Origin: Octopus bimaculoides
Lineage: Eukaryota
Length of the DNA stretch: 61,677 bases
Assembly (NCBI RefSeq): GCF_001194135.2
Contig: NC_069004.1
Coordinates: 12,125,713 to 12,187,389 of the forward strand
Direction of reading: 5' to 3'
The notes beneath the pieces were generated by a model. The model saw only the letters and a program-made list of their open reading frames with translations. It was not told where the DNA came from and did not search any database. The position numbers were made by a program, and so were the translations under genes. Shown piece after piece: positions 51,125 to 61,677 of the stretch (the first letter of the stretch is position 1; the number at the start of each line of letters is the position of its first letter).

Positions 51125-51290
51125 CATCGAAAAATAACCCAGGTTCAAAATTTCCCCAAGACACCTGATGAAGGCTGGAGGGTATATCAGCCGAAACGTG
51201 TTAACAACAAACAAGATGAGGACAAATATCTGTTAAATGTAAATAATGTAAATAATGTACATGGTTCCTCATCTCTTAAATATAGAACTG
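51125..51290 (+). mobile_element. Penelope-like element terminal fragment containing a hammerhead-like core
   Basis: CCTGATGAAGGCTG...CAGCCGAAACGT is the characteristic PLE-terminus pattern. Confidence 0.65.
51161..51201 (+). ncRNA. Minimal type-I hammerhead ribozyme-like motif, probably defective in this copy
   Basis: ACAC-CTGATGA-A-GGCTG(10-nt loop)CAGCC-GAAAC-GTGT. Confidence 0.55.
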
Positions 51291-52765
51291 GATTTAAGAT
51301 TTGGTATAAATTTCAGGTTTTATTAATATTTCTATGAATCTCTTCATCGTGACATTTTAGGCTTCCAGCAACAACAGTTATTGAGCTTCAAATATTTTAC
51401 TTTGTTTCATTCCACACTCTTCCTCAACTTGAGACTTGCTGTGATACTTCCAACAACCATTTGAACGGTTCTTCTTCCATTCTTTGTAAAAGAGAATCTT
51501 CACATTTTTCAACAGTGTCAGAACGTTGTTTTCGTCAGTATCAGAACGAGATCAATCATTATATCTGTCCTAAACACCAGAGGTACACTTCAAACACTGT
51601 TTAACTGAGACTTCACTTCTTTACTTTTGACCTCTGGAAACATTGGACATTCTCTTGATGGACAATAACAGAATCTGACTAACTCAAGTACTTTATTAAT
51701 CATCATTGAAATTTCAAAATTGGTAAATAGATCCTCTTAAAGAGCACTTTATTCTGTGTTTATACTTTGGCGCTTTTCAATTAGAATGAAATATTGAAAA
51801 GGAAGATAAAGAAATAGAGAGACCAAAGTGTGAGACGGGGGTGAGCGCAGAGAGCAATGGAGAGTAGAGAGAGGGAGAGAGAGAGAGAGAAAGTGTAAGT
51901 GCAGAGAGACAGACAAAGAGAGGAGCACAAATTTTTTTTCACTTTTCATGCCAATTCGAAATTGCAGCTTTTCAATTAAACGATCTTCAAATTTTCAAGA
52001 AAAAAACAACATTTATTCAAAACTACCCATCCTTTCTTTCTGTTCTGTAAACAATACAAATGACCTTTTATGATCCAAATATTGTACAAGTGATAATTTT
52101 TACTCCTTTGTCCAAAAAGCCTATTATTAAATGCTCTCCTTTTTGTTTTTATCTCTGCAGCATTTCCATCTCATTCAGATAAAAACTCTTAAAGACTGGC
52201 CCATTTATCATATTCTATAAATGTACAAAAATGATTCTTTTCAGAGGTTATTGCTACATCAAATAGATTTTCTCATCAAAGTCCTGGCTCTAGTTTTCTC
52301 CACAAATTGATTATTTTCTCACAAATAATAGTCAGGAATAATCATATATATATATATATATATATANNNNNNNNNNNNNNNNNNNNNNNNNNNNNNNNNN
52401 NNNNNNNNNNNNNNNNNNNNNNNNNNNNNNNNNNNNNNNNNNNNNNNNNNNNNNNNNNNNNNNNNNNNNNNNNNNNNNNNNNNNNNNNNNNNNNNNNNNN
52501 NNNNNNNNNNNNNNNNNNNNNNNNATGAAGTATTAACAGTAACTGCACGATGAAGTGAAGTATATTGCCACTTAAGTGTGGCTGACCCCTAGGGGTGGAT
52601 GTTACTGTTGCTTTTAGCCCCAGGAGGACATCTCCTCCAGCTGGCTTATCGACACACATCTGTGTCCTGTTTGTTTTGCCAAGGGAAGTTATCCCTCTCA
52701 TCGTGATCTGTAGCACGAACGGACCTGGACCTGGGCTGGATATGACCAGTTTAAATGCTAAAGGA

Positions 52766-52992
52766 TTAAATACTTCAGCATCTAAACCGGCCATATCCGG
52801 CCAAAATATCCTACCTGTTTTATGTACAAAGTGGCCAGGTCTGGCCTCTCACACCAACCCTATAATGTCATTCTAAAAATTAAATTATCTCATCAAAATC
52901 TCAAAGCTACAAAATAATGCATGATTAATTCAAAACAATGTGAATAAGTAATCATTACTTTTAACAGAATAATGCAACTGCTAAAGAGTTAA
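52766..52992 (-). mobile_element. TTAA-flanked piggyBac-like MITE, abutting the end of an oppositely oriented copy (52732-52769)
   Basis: Reverse complement of the 22867-23088 element; TTAA at both ends. Confidence 0.75.
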
Positions 52993-53059
52993 GCTCTTCT
53001 TCCAATTTTTTCATGTATTGTACATTTCTTTAATAACTTTTACAATGACTACTTTGTCA

Positions 53060-53620
53060 TCATTATAATGTGGTACCAACCGTACTAACACCATTACTGT
53101 TTAGAATGGATGCAAAACCAATGCTAGACAGAAATTTGCCATGTGTTTACCTTGGCCCTAACTCTTCTACTGGTTTCATTACCATTCCTGGTCTATTCTT
53201 CCAAATCATTTGTCTAGATTTCATTTATGTATTACCTATTTACACCTGATGGCTTCCGACCATGGAACCATATCAAAAGCTTTGTTTAGATAATGTCTGT
53301 ACTTTACCAGATGTTCCTCTTACTTATCTCACTTGCAATTATAATACCTGTTATCCAATATCTTCAATTTAACTCTAACCCTGCTTTCATTCCAAGAACT
53401 GTTTGTTTCCCCATGACTCACACCTCCCACCCACCACCGACAGCACTGGGTGAAAAATCCCAGGTCAGTGTTATCTTCCCCTTTATCTTAGTCAACAGGA
53501 TGTCAATGATAACACTTTGCCCTGACAACAGCACTAAAGGAACACCAATCATTTGGTAAATATTTCTGTGAGGATGGCTTCTGTCTTCATAGCCACATCC
53601 TTGCCTTACCATTCCTTGAC
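53060..53620 (-). mobile_element. Ancient LINE RT remnant
   Basis: Minus strand LNKAFDMVP (RT D.xKAFD motif) near 53260-53290; heavily decayed otherwise. Confidence 0.4.
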
Positions 53621-54934
53621 TTTCATCTCAGTATCTCACCTGATTCCATTAATCAAAAACTTTCTCTTCATCTCTCTCTTTCTCTCTCTCTCTCTCTCCC
53701 TCTCAACTATTCACCAGTCCATGCCATAATCTTTAAATGGTCACAAAGCATCCAAATCCTTTCTAGATTGTTCTCACAATCTGACATGCTTCACATGATT
53801 TCCTTCAGGTTTGTCAAAATCTCGTTCTGTTACTCTATTTTATTTTATTTATATTTCATTTACAGTCCCATTTGATATTTTGATGGTTCATGGAATATGT
53901 TCCATTTCTCACAATGGAACGCGATTAGTCAGTCAATCAGTCAGCCAGGTTTGATCAGACAATTCTTGCACCAGTTTTATGACGGTCAGCCGCAATAATT
54001 TAGAATAATAGCTGGTCAAGCAATTCTACTTGCCACCTCACTTACTTTCAGTCAATACAGTTGACCAATTCCTTGTTGTTCACTGAGCAAATAAACCAGC
54101 TTTCTATAGAACTACTTCCAGGAATACAAGACTTAACACCAATGAAACTGCTGTTAACTTCTTCATCGTTGCACAAATGTAGTCTTCAGCACAATTCAAT
54201 AACTCAACATTAAATGTTATCCAGAGATATTGGACATTGATTAGCTTCTCTTTTTTATGTTCTATGTGTTTTATTCAAGGAATTGAACAATTATCTTCAT
54301 TATTTATTTGTTCTGTCTTCTCATTTTGCCTGTTTGAACCTAATTTATCGCAAAGAAGCTAAAGGTCAGATACATAGAAATTTACAAAGATTTTCTAATG
54401 AGATTTTGTTCTTTTCCCTCTGCTACCTTCAGCTACCTTCAAATAGAAAGATCTTACTCGCCCTACTTGTCGTTGTTGTTGTTGTTATTATCTGAAATCT
54501 TTTTCAAGTCTGCTTCTATTTGTTTTCATACCGTAATTCTCCCATTTATAAAAAGAGATTACTGTTTACTCAACTAGATAACCAAAGAAACAATTTTCTT
54601 GATTTCACTAAACTTCCGCTTGTGCGAGAGCTCTTGTTACTCTAAGGCAAAAACAATGTGGTGCAAAAATGTTATTTGAACACTTTGGTAAAAACTGCTT
54701 CCACTCCAACATTTTCAGTGTATTCTTCTATGCTCTACAATTTTACTCGTGCAAATGTAGTTCCTCGATTTGAGGCAACTGTTTGTTTACACACACGCAA
54801 GTATATGTGTATATAATATATATGTGTGTGTGTNNNNNNNNNNNNNNNNNNNNNNNNNNNNNNNNNNNNNNNNNNNNNNNNNNNNNNNNNNNNNNNNNNN
54901 NNNNNNNNNNNNNNNNNNNNNNNNNNNNNNNNNA

Positions 54935-55534
54935 CATTCTGAGTTCAAATTCTACCAAAGTCAACTTTACCTTTCATCCTTTCGGAGTCGATAAATTGAG
55001 TACCAGTTGTGTACTGGGGTTGATCTAATTGACTGATCCCCTCCCCCAAAATTTTCAGGCCTTGTGCCTAGAGCAGAAAAGAATATTTTGGAGTTCAAAT
55101 TCTGCCAAGGTTGACTTTGCCTTTCATCCTTTCGGGGTTGATAAATTAAGTACCAGTTGTAAATGTTAGCATTACTTGGAACTGCACGCATATTGCATAA
55201 AGTACTGTCTGTCTGAGGTTCTTGTTATGACCTGACAAACAGTACAAACCCCCGATAGACAATATCTTCAATCAACAACCTTACGATATTGTATACTTTA
55301 CGACATGTATAATAATAATAATCCTTCCTACTGTAGGTATGAGGCCTAAAATTTAGGGAGGGGGGCACTAGTCAATTATATCAGCCCCAGTGTTCAACTT
55401 GTACATATTTCATTGACCCCAATAGGATGAAAGGCGAAGTTGACCTTGGTGGAATTTGAACTCAGAACGTAGTGGCAGACAAAATACCGCTAAGCATTTT
55501 ATCCAGCATGCTCACAATTCTGCCAGCTCGCTGC
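54935..55534. mobile_element. SINE family D cluster (54935-55083 +, 55089-55160 +, 55322-55534 -)
   Basis: Shared core. Confidence 0.8.
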
Positions 55535-55861
55535 TGTAGTAGTAGTAGTAGTAGTAGTAGTAGTGATGGTGCAGCCAAAACAAGAAGAATTGAAGTAATA
55601 TAAATACTATTTGCTACCTTTAGATGTATTTTCATGAAAGGTTGGTTCATTAATCATAATAATTTATTAATTTGCTTATTTTTACTATTGGCCTCTTCTA
55701 CATAATTCATCTATCAAAGAGTTTAGTCGTTAAATTTGTTGTTAATCAAGCAGAATTATGATCAAAAGTGTTTCAGGTGTAATGTATCTTGGACTACATT
55801 ATCTTATGTGTCCAGAGTTTTTGAAAACAGTTTGGTGGGATTTAAATGAGATTTGGTTTCC

Positions 55862-56066
55862 TCATTGGCTGATCATGTGTGACCATATAAACAATCCTCA
55901 TTGGCTAACAGCATGGCCATACAGCTACTTCTTCATAGGCTGATCGTGTGAACCCCACCCACCCCCATAAAAGTTTGTTCATTTACTGATCATGTGACTA
56001 TGCAGGAGTTCCTTCATTAGATGGTCATGTGATCCCATAGAAATTCATTGGTTGGTCATATGACTA
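55862..56066. repeat. Six degenerate ~35-bp-spaced units TCATTGGCTGATCATGTGAC
   Basis: Unit starts at 55862, 55898, 55933, 55979, 56014, 56045. Confidence 0.65.
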
Positions 56067-57516
56067 AAGCATAGAGTAATACAATTAGCATCACTGAAAG
56101 AATTGGCACAATAAATAAAGGCTGGTTCAAATGTCTGGAAAGGCTTCTTAGTTGGGTTGGTCACATCTCACTTACTTCACTGAAGTAAACAGCACCCAGC
56201 TAGAGGTACCATGCGAAAACAGACCCTGGAGTACTATGCATTCCTCAGGCTCATTGGTTCTAGTGAAACTGTCCAGCGTATGCCAGCATGGAAGATGGAC
56301 ATTGAAAGATAACGAAAGTATTGGAACCAAATGTTTGCCGAAGTTTGATTCCAGGCAAAAGATGGAGCAACAGTTCTTGTAATGATAATTTAAAGAACCT
56401 AGTTCTGAAAGTGCTTAAGTCACAGAAAATGAAAAAAAAAATCAATGTGACTGAAGCACTTTTATGGCAGTTTAGTTTGGAAAAACAGGAAATAAGGATG
56501 TTAATTGATTATCAAGTGCAGTGTTAATGACTGAATGCATTTCCTGTTGTAAATTGTATGCAATCAAACATGAACAGTATTGAGCAATTTTGTCAACATG
56601 TCTCTCCTCCTTTACTCTTTCTTGCATGCTCTCTCTCCTCCTCTCTCCTCCCTTTTCTCTCTCTTACCCTCTCTCTTCCCTCTTCTTCTTTCTATCTTTC
56701 TACTCAATCATTTCAGTTTGATATTGGCCCTTTCATTGCTGAATAATATCTCTCACCCTCACAGCCCAACCATTCCTTTCCAAGAACATCTCTACATGTG
56801 AGGAGATGGTCTTGAAGAACCATGTGGAAATATCTACATGTAGTGATGATGTGGTTTTATAGAACCTGGTCCTATCAACAAATATTGTCTATGAAATTCT
56901 ACTATATCACTTGCAGCATGTTTTCTATTTAAATAAGTAAAATAGGCTTCTACACTTTATTATTGCATATATTCTCAGCACTATGATCATAGTTATGATG
57001 TCTTAAAATACCACTACACTATATTAAGACATCTCATAACTACAGTCATAGTTATGACATCTAAATGGATTCCCTTTTTGTGTTATGACAGATTTTCTCA
57101 TGATCATAGTTATGACATGTCTTAATGGACCACTACTTTGTATTAAGCCATATATTCAAGCTGTCATAATATGTTCTGAAACTGGAGTCAAACTGTAGAA
57201 TGTTGAAGCATTGATTCCATGGAAAATGGTCAGGTATCAATGCCTTCTCTTTCTGATGAAGGTTACAGTACCATTACTGTGTGCCAACAATGGAGTCTTT
57301 TGATGTACTTGGAATAACAGACAAGTCTTCTTCAAACCACACCATTTAGAAAAGTAAGAGATTATACTTTGGATAAATATAATCTGGTTTAATGGAATTC
57401 ACTGATTGGAATCTGGTGGGATGGTCATTGCAGGAATGATATTGATCACCGGTCTAGTTGGCCAAGGGTAACTTAGGTTTAAACCACACCAGCAGCAACT
57501 AGTACCATCTTGTAAC

Positions 57517-57826
57517 TGGCACTCTGTCAGTTATAATGACAAGGGTTCCAGTTGTTCCGATCAACGGAACAGCCTTCTCATAAAATTAACCTGCAAGTGG
57601 CTAACCATTCCACAAATGCATGTGCCCTTAATGTAGTTCTCAGGGAGATTCAATGTGGCAAGGCTGCCCTTTTAAATTACAGGTACAACTAATTTTTGCC
57701 AGCTGAGTGGACTGCAGTAATGTGAAATAAAGTGTCTTGCTCAAGAACACGAGTCACCGGGAATTGAACTCACAACCTGATGATCATAAACCAAACATCT
57801 TAACCACTAAGCCATGTGCCATCACT
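57517..57826 (-). mobile_element. SINE head2 + tail1
   Basis: Same architecture as 26488-26797. Confidence 0.8.
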
Positions 57827-58302
57827 TCACCATCTTATAGCTGAATCATATATTGTACTTAAGGAGGAGGATGAGTTGTAATGGGTTAAAGTTGGAAATC
57901 TCAGGCAGTGCCTCTCTGGATTCCTGTTTCTATATTTGATGTCAGAAGTTGAAGAAGATGGAACGAGCAGCTGAAGAAATTCCATCAGTGAAAGATAAGC
58001 ATGTGGACATCATCATCACCATCATCTTCATTATTGTTATTACCATCATCATCAGCATCATCATCATCAGCAGCAGCATCATCAGCAGCAGCATCATCAT
58101 CATCATCCTAATGTACCTTCTAACGATTAATGCCACTGAATCTGAGACCAGCTTGACATCAGCCTATGAAATAACGATGTTATGTATTCGGTAATTAACC
58201 TTGTTAATTTCTTGGTTGAAACTTCAACTAACGAAGGTGGTGGTGGATGCCAACGATGACAACAAATACAAAATATAGAATCAAAACAAGAAAGGAATAA
58301 TT

Positions 58303-58410
58303 GATATTGCTGCACCTTTTATGTGTCCATAGCTTACACTGGGTACATCGTATGGAGTTCCTCCTTACACCGGGTACATCATAAGGAGTTTCTGCTTCCA
58401 CCAGGTACAT
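58303..58410 (-). mobile_element. RTE-LINE internal Cys/His-rich fragment with local 31-bp triplication
   Basis: Minus strand RNSIRCTQCKLWTHKRCSNI. Confidence 0.6.
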
Positions 58411-58414
58411 TGTA

Positions 58415-58422
58415 TATATGTG

Positions 58423-58453
<31 letters not shown>

Positions 58454-58460
58454 ATGCATG

Positions 58461-58530
<70 letters not shown>

Positions 58531-58800
58531 NNNNNNNNNNTATATATATATTTATATATATGCATATATATGTATGTATATATTTATGCGTGTATATATA
58601 TATGTATATATATTATGCGTGTATATATATGTATGTATGTGTATGTATATATATATGTGTATGTATATATATGTGTATGTATATATATGTATGTTTATAT
58701 ATGTATATATGTTTGTGTGTATGTGTGTATATAAATATATGTATGTATGTAAGCATGTATATATATATATATATGTGTATGAACACACACACACACACAC
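58415..58800. repeat. (TA)n/(TG)n compound microsatellite with 10-N gap
   Basis: Direct reading. Confidence 0.95.
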
Positions 58801-61481
58801 AGTAATGTTGTGCCAAACTAGCATAAGATAGACTTAAATGTCGTTTACTCTTTGTCCAGTTTCTGTATTTCTTCCTCTAGTGTGGAGAACTGGCGCCTTG
58901 CCAACAATGAAACAGCATAGTGATATATTTATTGCTTTGCAATGAGGCACACTAGACAGCTCTCTTCTGATTGGTTACTTCCCTAATGATGTCAGCAGCT
59001 CTTTACAGCACACATAACACACACACACAGTTGTTCACATATGCACAAATCTATGTAAATATTGTTAGTTATATTCTAAAGTACAAACAGCCCCCATTTT
59101 CAGTTGAGTTTTCTTGTTAAACACATGCAAAAAAAAAAAAAAAGAAGAACCATTCCACATTGAATTTCCACAAGATTTATCATCGATTCTGAATTCAAGC
59201 TTTATTTCCTTCACTTTGTAAACTTCGTTATTGCTTTGATTAAACAGAAAATCTAGTCAAGGGCGGAGAGTAATTAGTCGGCTATAATAGGTAGTAACTA
59301 GCTTTGTGATGTAACGATTCGGTTGTTCTCAGTTGTTCGGAATAAAATAAATCATTGAGCCAAATAACCAACGCTCTTACTTGGCACTTTTTCCACATAT
59401 CATTTTCCAACCGAAAAATACAAAACCAACACAAAAACACTACTTGTTATTGCCTATACCTTACCTATAGAGGTCAGAAAGGTCATGTTAATTTATATTT
59501 TGAGGTTAATTAAAAATTACTTCATCAGCTTTTTAATTCCATTAATAGATTATTTCCAGTAACAGATCAATTATTTTCTTCTTTTCTACGTTAGCCGATC
59601 TGTTGTTGTTGTACATCAGTAAATATAGAAATGAGAAAATTTATCAAACAAATGACAAAATATCTTATACAATTGCTTGACCAACTAGAAACAGTAACCA
59701 AATTACCCTTCTTAAGTTGTGCAGTTGTTCTTTAACAAACAAAGGTCACATGAGATAATCTAGTGTTATGGTTTGATAGCTTGTTTACAGCTGGTGTGGA
59801 CCTTTTGGTCACATTTATTGGTTTTGGACTGTCTTGGGCCTAAATAACAAGATGACAATGATGATGATGATGAGGAGGAGGAGGAGGACAAATGAGCAGA
59901 TCCATATTGATTTCAGAATGGAATTGTGAAGAAACAACTTATTAATTGTGGCTATATAGTAGGGTGGGGGATATCCAGATTTCTCCAAAAATATGAAGAA
60001 ATGGATACATATACCAAGTTGATGATGAACTTGCCTAAGACACTGAGGGCTATGGCTGATGTTAACCATAACTTTTTGTAGCGGTGATTGTGCCAGTGTA
60101 GTAAAAGTGGTGGTCATGGTAGTAGTAATTGAAATATATATTGAACTGTATCCTGAGACTGCAAATACGTTGTCCCAAAGGTAACAACAGTAGAGGGGAT
60201 AACTTGAAGAATTGCCCTCATTTTAGCACTTTAATAAGTGAAGGCACCAGATATAAACAAGCTCCTGTTTCTTCATCACATTTCCTCTCTTTTTACTGAC
60301 CACCAGTACATGTAATGTAAGGACTAATCTACTCTCCTATATATCACACATCTATCGTTTCTCTTGATCAAAAGCAATACTGTTGTCTTGACATCAGGAA
60401 ATCTAAGCTCTCTGTCTTTTTGGTCCCAGGTTTTCTTTCTCTCTTATATCAGAAGTTTCCAACCTGTCTGTTCCATCACCATGTCTTATAAATTCTGATC
60501 TACCTCAAATTTTGGTTTTATGTTTGACTGACCCATCACCCAATTTACTAATGACACACTCATTGCTCCTTCTAACTACACACACACACACACTATCCTT
60601 CAAATTTCATTAACTTTGCTCACACAGACACTATCAACAAGCCATCTAGACACCCTTTTACCACACCTTCAAAACCACCTCCCTTAGAGTGATGACAACC
60701 TAACCCTCAACATATAAAGCAAGATGAAATCTGTACACATAACTACCATCCCATCCTGTTCCAAGATTGAGGAAAACCACCCTTTAATCCCCATAATCGT
60801 GAAACATAACCGTTGTGATAATACTGCCTTTTCTTATCATGTCAGTAAAAAACTTGTAGATTTAGGTTTATCTCATTAATCCAATTCACTTCAACGAAGA
60901 GAGATTTAATTATAAATATTCTTATAATAGATGTTATTTTCTGTATTACTGTAAAAGATAATATGATAGATAATGTAATCTATATATATAATACAAAAAT
61001 ATAAAATATAATGTAATAAATGTAATATAATGGATATTAGAGATAATATAATAGTAATAAATATTGTTATATTTGTTGTTTTCAGTATAACTAGAGTAGA
61101 GTGCTCTCTACAAATGTGTGAAAAAGAGACAGCGTGTGTGTGTGTGAGGGAGTGAGAGAGGGAGAAAGTATGTGTGTTGTTTCAATTTATTTACTAATAA
61201 AGAAACTTAGATCTAGATTTCATAAATATTTTCATATTTATTAATCTATAAATTATATATTGACGAGTACTTGGAAATGTGACTCCAGGCAATGACGGTG
61301 GCAGCAGTGGTGGTGGTGGCAGTGGTGGGGTGGTGAGGATATTGTTGTTTTAGATAGTTTTTCTTGCCAGGGAGGAAAGAATAGTTATTTTCCTCAGTAC
61401 CAAACCTGCTCATGAAAGTCCTAAAGAAGAGATTCAAAATCCCATTTCAACTTATTCAGATTTTATATTTTATACACTTTT

Positions 61482-61524
<43 letters not shown>

Positions 61525-61677
61525 CAAAATGATTTTGCAAGTGTTTGTCTGTCAAAAAGTAGCAGACTGAAACTTTAAAGCTTCTCTTATAAAAATATAA
61601 TAAATATATAATCTACAAAAATTGAGTAATTCTTAGTTTAAAGTAAAAAAAATTTTTATTATGACTTAACATAAAAA

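Noticed and set aside
54095-54165. Minus-strand MKKLTAVSLVLSLVFLEVVL signal-peptide-like ORF
   Set aside because: Stops after 20 codons; only a weak possible donor.
60150-60560. Possible LINE endonuclease remnant on the minus strand
   Set aside because: Only vague motif resemblance; too decayed to support by eye.

Overview
AT-rich, repeat-saturated eukaryotic DNA with no host protein-coding gene that I can support, so it is probably intergenic or deep intronic. The SINE/LINE families match those I recall from Octopus (coleoid cephalopod); the species is my inference, not a database result. Nearly all listed ORFs are microsatellite or N-gap artefacts. The real coding remnants are all transposon-derived: a decayed DD37D (maT-type) Tc1/mariner transposase (about 44-1314), a second mariner 3' end, RTE-type LINE fragments (one with a clean 5' inversion), and CR1/L2-like LINE fragments. 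There are dozens of tRNA-headed SINEs from at least four families with interchangeable modules, TTAA (piggyBac-like) and hAT MITEs, and many (TA)n/(CA)n/(TAA)n tracts. The most notable items are: a minimal hammerhead-ribozyme core in a Penelope-like fragment (51161-51201); a twin-priming-type inverted RTE insertion with TSD (21188-22251); a 160-bp loopless palindrome (7702-7861); two tandem pre-miRNA-like hairpins (48864-49069); a perfect 25-bp-stem hairpin built from a SINE tail (32946-33040); and a 2x2 head/tail mosaic among the SINEs. Several 10-N gaps duplicate their flanks and are assembly artefacts. Coordinates were read by eye, and element boundaries are approximate unless a TSD or TIR is quoted.
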